From NCBI RefSeq assembly GCF_006345805.1, contig NC_042999.1, positions 56,606,001 to 56,670,000 on the forward strand: a DNA stretch of 64,000 nucleotides. The letters run 5' to 3'. Source of the stretch: Octopus sinensis (lineage: Eukaryota). Each line of letters begins with the position of its first letter. Positions within the stretch are counted from its first letter, which is position 1. The notes below the pieces were generated by a model. It saw nothing but the letters and a program-made list of their open reading frames with translations, was not told where the DNA came from and made no database searches. A program made the position numbers and the translations under genes. Positions 14,090 through 27,957 of the stretch are shown piece after piece.

Positions 14090-14308
14090 TTTGTTATTTC
14101 TTTACTGCCCACAAGGGGCTACACACAGAGGGGACAAACAAACAGATTAAGTCAATTATATCGACCCCAGTGCATAACTGGTACTTATTTAATTGACCCC
14201 GAAAGGATGAAAGGCAAAGTCAACCTCGGCAGAATTTGAACTCAGAACATACAGGCAGACGAAATACCGCTAAGCATTTCGCCTGGCATGCTAACGTTTC
14301 TGCCAGCT
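14090..14308 (-). mobile_element. Deu/Nin-domain-like tRNA SINE monomer
   Basis: Matches the family head and gcctttcatcctttcggggtc domain. Confidence 0.85.
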
Positions 14309-15234
14309 AGCAGCCATAATGTAACATTTGTGCCACAGAGTGTAGGTCAGTTGCTGTTCACACATGAGACTGATTCTGAAGTGCTTCAAGTTATGGCCTT
14401 ACTCGAAAATAAGGAATTGGCCATCATCATATATGTATGTAAAACCTGCAGTTTTTATGGAATTACCAGTCATCTTGCTATGGCCTATCACCAGATAGAA
14501 ACCACAAAGACTCACAGACAGGTAGATGTATTGTACAAGAGTTTCTCACAATAATCCAATGATGCATAGATGTGTCTTTAGGATGACCTCATTTGTCATT
14601 CTATCTACTGAAAGTTCTCTCCAGTGATGGGTACAGACCTTCAACAAGATTGAATAGTCATCTGTGAGGTCATGGATGGAAAGTCAGAGAGGTACAGCAA
14701 AATTATAGTAACTGGAGTAAGAACAAGTTCAGAAAGCAATTAATTCTGCTGCAATGAAGGGCTTCCCTCTTAGAATCACTTTTGTTTAGACCTCTCATTC
14801 TGTAAAGAGGCTAATGAGCAAGCAGAGATGCCGAGTAATGAAGTGTCTTCAGTCACATTGAAGACATGATTACCTCACTAGTGCTGATACTATAAAAACA
14901 TAGACAGTACACTCAATAAATTGTAAAGTTGTGAGGATTCTTTAGTTTGGTGAAGGACATGAGAACCTCTCTAGTGCTGGTGTTATGAAAAAAGGCATCC
15001 AATACACACTGTCACATAGTTGATGGAAGGAAGTGCATCCAGCCTTAGAAACTGAGCCATAAATTAAATGTGGTGTGAGGTTCTCCAACTCAACAAGACT
15101 GTTTCTAAAGCTGGATGCACGCATGTCCTTCACCAAACTAAAGAATCCTCACAACTTTACACTTTAAAAATGCTGACTCCAGCCATGTCAACCCATGCCA
15201 GCATGGAAAGCAGATGCAAAACAATAAAGACTAT

Positions 15235-16540
15235 AAATATAGAGTTATAGCCCAAGTAATTAGAAACAGAATCAGACTAGAAAAAATTCAGTTTGGTTTT
15301 GTGGCAGGGAAAAGTACTAGTAACGCTATCTTCTTAGTCGGACTACGGCAGAAGTATTTAGCTAAGGGCAAACCATTGTATTTGGCATTAATTGACCTGG
15401 AGAAAACCTTTGATAGAGACCCTTGCTCTATGGTATGGTGGTCTCTGAGAAAACCAAGGGTCAGCAAATGACTTGTGAGAGCCATACATGTACAGGGGTG
15501 CTGTTAGTAAGGTGTGACAAATTTTGAGTACAGGTGGGTGTTCACTAGGGCTCACTTCTCAGTCCCTATACATCATTGTCCTCCAGGCCATAACAGGAGA
15601 ATTCAAAACTGGTTCCCTGAGAACTATCATATGTTGATGATCTCGCTATCATAGTGGAATCTATAACAGAATTAAAAAGAAATACCAGGTATGGAAGTAA
15701 AACCTGGAATTAAAGGGCCTTCAAGTTAACTTAGCAAAGACCAAAGTTTTAGAAAACAGGAAAACAGATAGGAGTCTACCTACTTCAAGTGAACGGCCCT
15801 CCTAAATATGTAGGAAAGGTGTAGGCAGAAATTCCATAAGATGTACCCATTACAAGCTGTGGACACATTAGAGGAGTAGTGGAATCACAGGAAGGTGAAC
15901 AGAGAAAGCAGTCTTTGTATGTGGCAGATGTGCTGATACAATAAAAACTAAAAACGTACAGGAAATAGACTTCCTCCAATGCCCAGGGGAGCCTTAAAGG
16001 TAGGAGATGATTTCCATTACCTAGGTGACCAAGTGTGAGCTGTAGAGGAGGATATTCTGAAAGTGTAGTTGTCAGATTAAGAATAGAATAGGGGAAAGTT
16101 CAGAGAGCTGTTACCTGAATTGGCAACAAAAGATGTGAAAGGCAGATTATATGATGCTTGTGGGCCCTGAATGTAGAGGACCTACGAAGACTAGAGAGGA
16201 ATGAAACTAATATGTTTCATTAATTGTACAATGTCAGTATGCGTGCATGACAAAGTATTGAGAGAAAGGTTAGGCATAAGAGGAATCAGATGTACAAGAG
16301 AGAAGACTGTGCTGGTTTGGTTTATATGAAGCAGATGGATGAGGGCATCTGCGTAAAGAAGTGCTGAGTGCTTAAAGCGGACATAACTTGTGGAAAATGG
16401 AGACCCAGGAAGGTGTGGGATGAAATATGAAAGCTGAACTAAAGATGCTGAGTCTTATTGGGGAGAAGACAGAGAACCAAGATAATTGGTGATTTGCTGT
16501 GCAGAAGAAGATCTGTCCATGACAAAAACAATGCCTTTGT
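15235..16540 (+). mobile_element. Decayed RTE-type LINE reverse transcriptase region
   Basis: QFGFVAGKSTSNAIFL...LIDLEKTFDR; YVDDL-like motif near 15630; disrupted. Confidence 0.8.
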
Positions 16541-17741
16541 ATTACTCGGGACACTTGTACATGCTGGGTCCTGCCCCTACTTCTCTCTCACTGGCCCATC
16601 AAGCATTTCCCCCAATTCTCATCCCCTAACACCTATCACTCCTCCATCTATGGTACCATTCAGCTGCTGTAATGTGCAAAATCAGCACATCTCCCTTCTG
16701 GTGGTTATGTCCTCATCTCCCTAGGAACCATTTCCATCTCCATTATCAACACTGTCCACACTATTTCTATAAATCACCTCCTTGCTGGGCCTTCAGCCAC
16801 TACTCTCTCCCTTCTGCTATCCTCTATTCTTAACTGCAATCCTTCTCAAGGCCTTCCCATATCTACATCTTTGACCCACTTATATACCTCTATGTCTCCC
16901 CCTCTCCTCTCTCCTACACCTTGCACATCTATTCTCCTTCCTGAACCACTCCTATATCTTTCACTTCACCCCTCTCCATCCTTTCAACTGCACCTCCATC
17001 ATTGTTCATCACTCACAATATTTACCTCTACCCACTTCTTTACCCATTTGTTGCTTTCTCAACACCCTTATGAAAGTATCTGCTCCCTCACTCCCAAGAT
17101 CCACGGTCTATACCCTTTCTTATGTTTGTTCTCCATCACTCCTTTTTATCTCCTACAGCCATGTATCTCCTCTATAAAAAAAACATCTGTGTTGCCTCTC
17201 TATCATACTTTCAACACCTGACATAAAGACACCCAGCTCCACCTTCCCTCCCAAATACTCCCTCTTTGTAGAGGGAGCTTTTTCATTTTCCCCTGTCCTT
17301 TTTTTTCTATTTTGCAAGTTTATATGGCAACCTCACTAATGTAGGTGGCACTAGCAGGGTGACCATATAAACCCCACAAGTGCCAGTGGTACAAAGAAAA
17401 GCACCCAGTACACTCTGTAAAGTGGTTGGCATTAAGAAGGGCATCCAGCCATAGAAACCCTGTATACCATACCATGAGGTTATCCTTAAATAGGAGTTGC
17501 GGTTCTATTGGTAAAATCCCAAATTTGTAATAATATATATATATACACACACATTATATATATATATATACCACCAAGTAAGTTAGGGGTTGTGGATCCA
17601 ACCCACTAAAGGATAATACTTATCCAATATACTGTTAGTATAATACCCAATTATTAATACACAAGTGTTTTTAATTGCAATGCAATAAACCTACTTATTG
17701 TATTGAATGAGTGAAGGTAAAGAAATATTTTACCATTAATT

Positions 17742-17839
17742 TATATTACAAATAAGAAAATGGAGAAACACATTAGTTGATTCATCAGCTTTAGGATGAA
17801 CCAACTAATGTGCTTCTCCATTTTCTTATTTGTAATATA
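17742..17839. repeat. Hairpin / fold-back (about 45-bp arms)
   Basis: tatattacaaataagaaaatggagaaacacattagttgattcatc versus its reverse complement, 2 mismatches. Confidence 0.85.
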
Positions 17840-17859
17840 TATATCGAATATATAATCGA

Positions 17860-18400
17860 AATCAAAATCAAAGTGAAATTCGATGATGGGCACGAGCACC
17901 ATACGAGCGCGATTGTTGACAGAAGGGCTAACCGGCTTCCGTGCCAGTGGCACATAAAAGGCACCATTCGAGTTTGATTGTTACCAGCTTCGCCTTACTG
18001 GCACTTGTGCCCCGTGCTAGTAGGGTGCTAAGAGCACCATCCGAGCGTGATCATTGCCAGAGGGCTAACTGGCTTCCGTGCCGGTGGCATGTAGGAGGCA
18101 CCATTCAAGCGGGATCGTTACCAGCATCGCCTTACTGGCACTTGTGCCATTGGCATGTGTAAAAAGATTCAAGTATGGTCGTTGCCAGTACCGCCTGACT
18201 GGCCCACGTGCCGGTGGAACGTAAAAGCACCCACTACGCTATCAGAGTGGTTGGCGTTAGGAAGGGCATACAGCTGTAGAAACTCTGCCAGGTCAAGACT
18301 GGAGCCTGGTGCAGCCATCTGGTTCGCAAGCCCTCAGTCAAACCGTCCAACCCATGCTAGCATGGAAAGCGGATATTAAACGATGATGTTGATGATGATA
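17860..18400 (+). mobile_element. RTE-type LINE 3' UTR with internal 60-70-bp higher-order tandem repeat
   Basis: Repeated gtgccggtggcacgtaaaagcacc core, then ttggcgttaggaagggcat...catgctagcatggaaa-(gat)n tail. Confidence 0.75.
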
Positions 18401-18729
18401 TATATATATATACTGGAGCTCAATGCAGCCCTGCAGTTCACCAGATCCTGTCAAACCATCCATCCATGGACATTAAATGGTAATGATGATACACACTCAC
18501 ATTTAATATCATCTGGGTAATAACCTTATAACGAGCAATTCAAAGCTCCTGTACAGTTATTGGCTACCATAAGCTACCATGCAGCAGAGCTACTCCTTTA
18601 ACTGGACATACATGTGGAAATCAGTTAATGCTCACAGAATTCATATAAAAGTTTATAAAACAAGATGGAATGATGGCACGTGGGTACACTGTTACTGCTG
18701 GATCATATTTATTTATTTATATAATATTT

Positions 18730-19145
18730 ATATGCAAGAGGGCACCTGCATAAAGTGCCGATCTGTAACTGTGGAGGGAACCCATGGAAGAGGTAAACCT
18801 AGGAAGACATGAGATGAGGTGATAAAATATGATCTTCAGATGCTGAGTCTCATGGGGGTGATGGCAGATGACTGAGACTGTTGGCAATTTGCTATGTTTG
18901 AGAAGACACATCAAGCTTAGTGAAATTAGTTGAGGTTAGTGCCACTGATACATAAAAGGCACCTGTGCCGATGACACCTGAGATATTCTGTAAAGTGGTT
19001 GGCATTAGAAAGGGCATCCAGCCATAGAAACCAAGCCAAAAGAGACTTGAGCCTGGTGCAGCTCTCTGGCTTACCAGTTCCAGTCAAACTGCCTAACCCA
19101 TGCCAACATGGAAAACGGATGCTAACTAATGATGATGATGATGAT
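18730..19145 (+). mobile_element. RTE-type LINE 3' fragment
   Basis: VEGTHGRGKPRKT C-terminal motif plus the same 3' UTR and (gat)n tail. Confidence 0.75.
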
Positions 19146-19273
19146 AATAATAGTATGATATGGAGAATACAGCAACTAACAGCTGTTACAAATGTACAGA
19201 AACAACTATTGAAATTTGTGATTAAAGCCTGCTCATTCCATCTTTAGGTTTTAAAAATGTGTGTGTGTGTGAG

Positions 19274-19307
<34 letters not shown>

Positions 19308-19537
19308 CACAGAAACATGTGTAGCGTTGATTAGAAACACCTTCTTTCCCCACAGACTAATAACAAGTTAAGTTATATTTTTTCAACTAATTTTATTGTA
19401 TTTTATAGTAGGTTATTTTAACTGCTTTAATTATTTTATTGGGTGTAACTTTCTATGTGTATACCATACCATGAGGTTATCCTGAAATAGGGCTTGCAGT
19501 TCTATTGATAAAATCCCAAATTTGTTATAATATATAT

Positions 19538-20355
19538 CACACCCTGGCAGTTGAGGGGACCTGTGGAAGAGGTAGACCCAGGAAAACCTGGGTCGAGGTG
19601 GTGAAGCACGACCTTCGAACTTTAGGTCTCACCAAGGAAATGACCAGAGTCGAGACCTTTGGAAGTATGCCGTGCGTGAGAAAACCCGGCAAGACCAGTG
19701 AGAACAGTCAAAATCAAAACCAAAATCAAACCAAATCAATTCATATATCAGAAAGCAGAACCAAATTGAGGTCGATCAACATCAGTGGGAATTGCAGCTG
19801 TGGTTAAGCGAACCATCCGATCATGGTCGTTGCCGGCGCTGCCCCGTCTAGCCTCCGTGTCGGTGGCACGTAAAAGCACCATCTGTTCGTGTCCGTTGCC
19901 AGCCTTGCCTGGCCCCCGTGCAGGTGACACGTAAAAGCACCATCCGTTCGTGGCCGTTTGCCAGCTCTGTCTGGCCCCCATGTCGGTGGCACGTAAAAGC
20001 ACCATCCGTTCGTGGCCGTTGCCAGCCTCGCCTGGCCCCCGTGCCGGTGACACGTAAAAGCACCATGCGTTTCGTGGCCGTTTGCCAGCTCTGTCTGGCC
20101 CCCGTGTTGGTGGCATGTAAAAGCACCATCCGTTCGTTGCCGTTTGCCAGCTCTGTCTGGCACCTGTGCGGGTGGCACGTAAAAAGCACCCACTATACTC
20201 ACGGAGTGGTTGGCGTTAGGTAGGGCATCCAGCCGTAGAAACACTGCCAGATCTGACTGGGCCTGATGAAGCCTTCCAGCTTCACAGACCCCAGTTGAAC
20301 CGTCCAACCCATGCTAGCATGGAAAACGGACGCTAAATGATGATGATGATGATGA
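19538..20355 (+). mobile_element. RTE-type LINE 3' fragment with a six-copy minisatellite (unit about 61 bp) in the 3' UTR
   Basis: VEGTCGRGRPRKTW; cores at about 19857, 19918, 19980, 20041, 20104, 20166; (gat)n tail. Confidence 0.85.
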
Positions 20356-20371
20356 TATATATATATATATA

Positions 20372-20860
20372 TGCAGTGCACAAGAGAGAAGACTGCACTG
20401 GTTTGGTCATGTGATCCAGATAAATGCTGACAGCTCCATAAAGAAGTGGCTATCTCTCAAATTAGACGGAACATGTTGAAGAGGGAGACCCAGGAAGACA
20501 TGGATGAAGTACTGAAGGACAACCTCAGGACACTGAACCTTTCAGACAAGATGACAAAGGACCAAGGTACCTGGCACCAAGCTGTGCTCAAGAAGACCCC
20601 ATCCTCCACAGCAGAAGTGTTAAGGCCACTCCCCCCTGGTGAAGAGGATTGCTGGTGCCATGTAAAAAGCACTCCTGGTGGTGCCATGTACAAGCACCCA
20701 TCACACTCTGTGAAGTGGTTGGTGTTAGGAAGGGCATCCAGCAGTAGAAACCATGCCAAATTAGACTGGATCCCGATGTAGCTCTCCAGCTTGCCAGCTC
20801 TGGTCAAACTGTCCAACCCATGCCAACATAGAAAACAGACATTAAATGATGATGATGATA
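20372..20860 (+). mobile_element. RTE-type LINE 3' fragment
   Basis: QERRLHWFGHV-like translation and the same 3' UTR and tail. Confidence 0.7.
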
Positions 20861-21279
20861 TACAGACACACATATACTCTTTCCTTCTCAGTCCCATTTA
20901 CCTTGAACAAACAGAGACAATACAGAATGCAGAAGATTCTTTGGTTCAAATGGGGAAAAAACAACCTTCCTAGTGCTTGTGCCATGATACAATACATCCA
21001 ATACATTTTGTAAAGTAGGTGGTGTTAGGAAAAAGATCCAGCTGAAGAAACCATACCAAAACGTCAAACCCATGCCAGCATGGAAAACAGACGTAGAACG
21101 ATGATGATGATGATTGTGGGTTAAATAATGATAGGAATGTAAATACATTCCTTCTATACTATTGGTGTGCAAAGAACAAAATGGGCGGGTGTCTCCCGGT
21201 GAATCATTTCACAGCTTGTTGATTGCTATTCGGAGAAGATGAATCCATCTTCATTCCCCAATCAAGAGCAGGGATCAGT

Positions 21280-22200
21280 TGCTATCATAATAGCATCTGA
21301 ACTTTAAAAGAATTCCAGTATTCCTTTGAGGTAAGAATGGGAATGAAGGATCCTGCAGAGATATTCCAGGATTATATCCAAAGTTGTTAGTATACTAACT
21401 TGCTTTATATTCTTGAAGATCATTATAGAAACAGTGGCCTACTAATTCTTAGAAATTTTGGATCGCTCCAAAATGTTTAATTTAAAAATACTGGAAAATT
21501 TTAATCTTGAGGCAGTTAACTATGTTATTATGACAGTACATTAATAGATTTCCCAACCAACCCAAAAATATTTTAGATAGTCTTGATAAGACTATATCAT
21601 TACATATTTCCCAGCTCTCCGTGAGTGAAGCTATTTATAACAACACCTCACAGTACTATCATGATGCTCTAAAATGTACTGATTTTACAGATAAAATTAG
21701 ATGTATTAGAAGAGATAATCCATTACCCACCCCTGACAGAAATAAAAATAGAAACGAAAATATGATTTGGTATAACCCACCTTTCAATCAACATCTTTGA
21801 CCCTAGTAGCAAAAGTTTTTTTTAAACTGTTAAATAAAACATTATCTTTGACCATAAATATTACAAGATTACAAATTAAAATTGCATTAATATCTCTATT
21901 CTACAACACTTAAGTATTGGCTAAACTCATTGGCTGAATGAATGCCTCTTAAAACAGAAAAGATGCACAACTAAAATATTACTTGCTGCACTATAGTAAA
22001 CACTAATGCTTCAAAATCATACATTGGAATGACATTAAACTCTTTCAAAATTCAGTATTACCAACATCTTCATTCATTCAGGAACCACTTTAGAATCAAT
22101 AACACAGGCTTCAAAGCAATCACTTGAACAATAACACCGACCTTAATATTAAGTATAAATTAACTGTTTTAACAAGTAAAATCTGCACAAGCCATGCTAG
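21280..22200 (+). mobile_element. Decayed Penelope-like element (RT C-terminal part plus GIY-YIG endonuclease)
   Basis: Manual translation gives EVRMGMKDPAEI, HYRNSGLL, NMIWYNPPFN and SYIGMTLNSFKIQYYQHLHSFR, resembling PLE RT, linker and YIG motifs. Confidence 0.7.
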
Positions 22201-22624
22201 CATGGAAAAGCAGGTAGTTGGTGACTTACACAGTCATTACTCATAGTTTCATAGACACTAAATTCATAAGTCACCAAGTAACCACCTAAAATTTCTATAT
22301 AATATACTGAGAGCTCTTTTCACTTAAATATGTGTGTGTGTGTGTGTGGTTAATTGATGATGAGAACCTGCTACTCAACCTTGACTAAAAACTGATATCA
22401 CATCAGGGAATCTGGATCAGGTTAGATACACTACTACACATTCTTCTTTGTTATTGAGTACTTTTTTCTCACACATATATGCATATACATTTACGAATAC
22501 AAATACACATGCACACACATACTCATATGCATACATTCATGCATATATATTACCAATAGAAACACAAATACATTTGAATGTGTGTGTGTGTGTAAACACG
22601 TGAGTATATATATATATATATATA

Positions 22625-22889
22625 CGCGGTCTCTTTTGCTGAACCGCTAAGTTACTACGATGTAAACACACCAGCATTGGTTGTTAAGCGATGGCGGGGG
22701 AACAGACACGCACACATACACACATGTATATATATATATATATATATATATACGATGGGCTTCTTTCAGTTTCCGTCTACCAAATCCACTCAAGGCTTTG
22801 GTCGGCTCGAGGCTATAGTAGAAGACACTTGCCCAAGGTGCCATGCAGTAGGACTGAACCCGGAACCATATATATAGGTCACTCCTGCG

Positions 22890-22892
<3 letters not shown>
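22625..22892 (-). mobile_element. CORE-like tRNA SINE, truncated or deleted copy
   Basis: Reverse complement of the 5493 family. Confidence 0.85.
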
Positions 22893-22962
<70 letters not shown>

Positions 22963-24017
22963 TAGAGAGAGAGGGAGACAGTCAGACAAACAGACATATA
23001 CACACACATACATATATATTTTAAATATTAGAAATGGGCAATGTTTCGGTAAAAGTTTATGACGTCGTGAGAGAATGTGTGACATCGTCTTTCGTCTGCT
23101 CGACAGAGCTGAACAGTCAAAGACACTCATGACTGACGTCATATACCAATACCGAAATATTGCATTAGAAATGTTTACATGCATGTGTGTGTTCTCGGAT
23201 GTATAAAAAAAAAATACAACAAACACTGACAATACAGGAATCAGTGAAATATGTGTATGCGTATGTGTGGAGCAAACGAGAGAGTGGGAGAGAGGGGAAG
23301 GGAGGGAGAGAGAGAGGGAGAGAGAGAGAGAGTATAAGGATTGTTGGATGTGTTGAAGAGTCATCAGGAAAGCAGAAACAAACGAAGGAGAAGCCAGCAA
23401 AATTGTTTAGAAATACCAGCTCCATTTTCGTTAGGCTGTTTGTTGTTGTTTAACCCCAGGTCAGCTCTAAGCCAGTAAACCGTTCTAGCAGTGATTAATC
23501 CCATATATTTCAAGACATTGTATATATCTTGGGTTACATTATCTAACGTTGTGTCTTCAATACGCTGTGATTTATTTATTCAAAGAGATATTTTGCCTGC
23601 TATTTTTAGCAGGTCGAGCGACCACATACAAGCCTCGTTGTTGGCCTCGGCAGTGCGTCAGTGTCAGACTCCAAAATATTTGGTTTGTTGTTGTTTGTAG
23701 TGGGGGAGGGGGAGAAGAGAAACCTTATAACAACAACAATAATTTCTATGTCAGCAAAGCACTTCCGACACACACACACACACACACACACGTGTATGTA
23801 TGTATATATGTATGCATGCATGCATGTGTGTGTGTGTGTGTGTTTTATCAGTGCTATCCACGAAACTCTCGGCCTTTGAGACACTTTGTAAGTTCTACCG
23901 ATTAAAAATAGGAGAAAAATTTGTATACTCGTTTTGAGCTCTATTTTTTTTTGTTTGTAGCATCAAACCTATATATACACATTTATGTACTCGCGTATTT
24001 TTTTTATCACAAACCCC

Positions 24018-24020
<3 letters not shown>

Positions 24021-24055
<35 letters not shown>

Positions 24056-25420
24056 GCACACGCGTTTTATTTTTCTTTTATTGATAATGGACAGACGAGT
24101 GACTCAAGTGCCGGGAGTTTCGTGCGTTTGCACAGGTCAAACTGATTTTAACTCAAGGGGGGGGTCATATATTTTATGTACCGGTAATAATCGCATTATC
24201 ATTGTTGTTGTTGTTGTTATTATTAGCATCTTCTGCTTCGAATAATAATGGTAATAAGAACCACAACTCCGAGTCACAACCTATAAACGATTAATCGAAA
24301 ACTCGGAGTTAGCGCTCAAGAAGCTTCAGTTTCTTGTAATAAAATATAAACACTCCATATTAATAATGAGTATTTCCCCAGCCCTAGGGTTAAAAAAAAA
24401 AACAATCACTCATTCACCAATCCATATACATATATATATATGTGTGTGTGTGTGTCCCCACACACAACAGTATATATATATATATATATATTGACCGTGT
24501 GTATGTCGGTGGCAACAAAAGACGGCGACAAATTAATCTGGTTGGGGTAAACAGTATGGGAGACAATATATTTGTATAGTGAGATATGTTTGTCGAAATG
24601 GGTAGGTAGGAATGGAAGAGAAGGTATCTATATAGATTATTGAGGAGTCTTTGTTGATTTTATACATACATGGCATCAGACCACACACAAACACCAGCAT
24701 CACCACCTCTCTCTCTCTCTATATATATATATTATATATATATATATATATACACGCACACGCGTTTTATTTTTCTTTTATTGATAATGGACAGACGAGT
24801 GACTCAAGTGCCGGGAGTTTCGTGCGTTTGCACAGGTCAAACTGATTTTAACTCAAGGGGGGGGTCATATATTTTATGTACCGGTAATAATCGCATTATC
24901 ATTGTTGTTGTTGTTGTTATTATTAGCATCTTCTGCTTCGAATAATAATGGTAATAAGAACCACAACTCCGAGTCACAACCTATAAACGATTAATCGAAA
25001 ACTCGGAGTTAGCGCTCAAGAAGCTTCAGTTTCTTGTAATAAAATATAAACACTCCATATTAATAATGAGTATTTCCCCAGCCCTAGGGTTAAAAAAAAA
25101 AACAATCACTCATTCACCAATCCATATACATATATATATATGTGTGTGTGTGTGTCCCCACACACAACAGTATATATATATATATATATATTGACCGTGT
25201 GTATGTCGGTGGCAACAAAAGACGGCGACAAATTAATCTGGTTGGGGTAAACAGTATGGGAGACAATATATTTGTATAGTGAGATATGTTTGTCGAAATG
25301 GGTAGGTAGGAATGGAAGAGAAGGTATCTATATAGATTATTGAGGAGTCTTTGTTGATTTTATACATACATGGCATCAGACCACACACAAACACCAGCAT
25401 CACCACCTCTCTCTCTCTAT
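24021..25420. repeat. Near-perfect 700-bp tandem duplication
   Basis: 24061-24718 is repeated at an offset of exactly 700; junctions lie in (TA)n. Confidence 0.95.
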
Positions 25421-26769
25421 ATATATATATTTATATATATATATACGTATGCATGTACACACACATACATATATACAAGCACATATATAAACATACAAAC
25501 ATATGTACATACATTATACACACATTATACACGTGATTATACGCAAGTTTAGTTATAAACAAATATATACAAATTATTAATACCACAGAAGCTTGTGATT
25601 GGAACCTTAACGCGAGCCAGAATGAATAAGAAATGTAGTAGTAGTAGTAGTAGTAATTGATGGTGGTGGTAGTAGTAGTAGTAGTAATTGGTAGTAGTAG
25701 TAGTAGTAGTAGCAGCAGCAGCTGCAACAGAACAACAACAACCATACCAAGAACATTTAAATTACTTTAAGGAAATCGATTCAATGCCTTAAAAATGAAA
25801 GCCAAAATCTGGACAGCATTTTTAATTACTATTATTATTAAATTTCTTTGTGGCAAGCTCAATAATCATTGATGACCATAAACACACACACGCACGCACA
25901 TAGATATTTATGTACGCTATCCCCAAATATTTTTCTAGTTAAATATGTAAATGCTTTGTGTTTAAGGTGGCCATGTGGCAAATATAGAAATTATTACTGG
26001 GTACCAGTTATGTACTAGGGTTATTTAAGCCGACTACACCTCCTAAAAAAAAAGTGCGTGGCCTTGTGCCTTTAAGGAATCATATTATTGCGTTTTTAGC
26101 GTACGTTTGTCTATGTTTAATGAAAATACACGAACTTTAGCAGACGCATATATGCACATATATTTATATGTGTATGTATATATATATATATATACGTGAC
26201 TGCAGACATATATATATATATATGTATGTACTATATATATCATATCTGTCTATCTGTATATGTGAAACGTTTGTGCCTATGTAACATGTAAGCGTATGTA
26301 AGTGTGTGTGTGTATAGAGAGAACGGTTTGTGATGGTGTAGAGGCGGAAGTCAGGCTGGAAGACAAGACGAGTAGTAAATAGGAGACGAGAAGTGTTTTT
26401 GTGACAATCGACAGCATAGAACCGTTTAGTTTGGACGGTAGAAGAAAGACAAGACTTCAAAATTTGTCGTCAAGGACAGAGACACACCTCGAGATACGAT
26501 CCTGACTAAACAAACAACAATATATACAGAGAGAGAAAGAGAGACAGAGAAAGGGAGAGAGAAAATGATAATAATAATAATAACAAGAGAAAGTGTATAT
26601 GTGTGAGTGAGAGAAAGACAGTAAGAGAAAGAGAGACAGAAACAGGAGTGAAACAAGCTATGTATATATGTATGTATATGTGTGTGTGTGTGTATATAAA
26701 CATAAATATATGTATGTGTAGCTATACATATTTATAGCGCTGCGGTGTGTATACATACACATAGCTTGC

Positions 26770-27010
26770 CGACACTTGCGTAAAAATCGGTGATCTAACG
26801 GATTAAAGACGCCCCGAAACCGGGATTTTCATAATAAACCAGTATTTGGTGCATACCGTTAGAGCATCTTCACCGTTCTTCAAGTCTTTGAGGGTGGAAT
26901 TGTTCATATTGTTGGCCAAAGTCTCCCTTCATCCACCGACCGATCCTAAGAAAGCGTGTATCCTTACCGGAAGTTGTTAAACTATTGTCCTGCGCGGCCC
27001 GGATGCGCAG
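26770..27010. promoter_or_regulatory. CpG-rich unique segment, promoter-like
   Basis: ETS-type ccggaagt (26967-26974), tgcgc...tgcgca NRF1-like motif near 26991-27009, locally high CpG; no transcript evidence. Confidence 0.3.
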
Positions 27011-27587
27011 AGGAAGAAATGTTGTTGTTTTTGTACTTTTTTCTTGTTTTTTTTCTCTTGGTTTGTTTATTTATTTATTTATTTTGATCTGTCATTTGTC
27101 AAAGTCTCAGCTGAGCTTAGATGGGTCTTCACAATCTCACACCTTAACGCATATTATAGGTTTTAATTAATTGAAGTCTCATATTCTGAACAGTGACTAG
27201 AAAGATGACGAATGAGAGGGTGAGATAGATATACATTATAGATCCTTTTGTATAGTTGTAGCTCCATGTAGTTCGCATTTGCTTCGAAATGTTCTAACAA
27301 AAATATCGAGTCGTTAAAAATACAATAAATATCTTGTCATTACATCTAATTTGTCATCATTCAATATGAAGAATTATTTCTTTTTATCAACACAAAACAC
27401 AAGAAAATAGTACCACACTACGTATATATCCAATTAAACCTGCGAAGGGCCTCGCCAAATTATCTTTCTTCAGCTGTTTCAAACTTTAGCTGCAAAGTAA
27501 TAAAGTGTCTGTATCTAGGGAGGGTCTTAACGCAAATCCTCCACTCCTTGCCCACATCACTTTAGAGGCAAATAGTTAATTAATTAT

Positions 27588-27957
27588 TCTTTTCTACTCT
27601 AGGCACAAGGCCCGTGATTTTAGGGGAAGGGGTCAGTCGATTTGATCGACTCCAATACGCAACTAGTACTTAATTTATCGACCCTGAAAGGATGAAAGGC
27701 AAAGTCGACCTCGGCGGAATTTGAACTCAGAACGTAAAGATGGACGAAATATCTATTTCTTTATTACCCATAAGGGGTTAAACATAGAGGGGACAAATAA
27801 GGACAGACATAGGTATTAAGTCGATTACATCGACCCCAGCGCGGAACTGGTACTTAGTTAGTCGACCCCGAAAGGATGAAAGGCAAAGTCAACCTCGGCG
27901 GAATTTGAACTCACAACGTAACGACAGACGAAATACCGCTAAACATTTCGCCGCCTT
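27588..27957 (-). mobile_element. Deu/Nin-domain-like SINE dimer
   Basis: Two head-to-tail units of about 183 bp. Confidence 0.85.

Noticed and set aside
18500-18600. Minus-strand exon candidate with aat|gtgagt donor
   Set aside because: All frames contain stops, the acceptor is weak and there is no other support
19460-19535. Repeated segment (also 17460-17535) with atga-ggttatcct-gaaa resembling a hammerhead
   Set aside because: No CUGANGA core in either copy
19810-20190. CRISPR-like repeat-spacer appearance
   Set aside because: Spacers are near-copies of each other, the array lies in a LINE 3' UTR, the context is eukaryotic and there are no cas genes
21215-21330. Exon-like segment with strong gag|gtaaga donor
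   Set aside because: Stops in all three frames and overlaps the Penelope RT remnant
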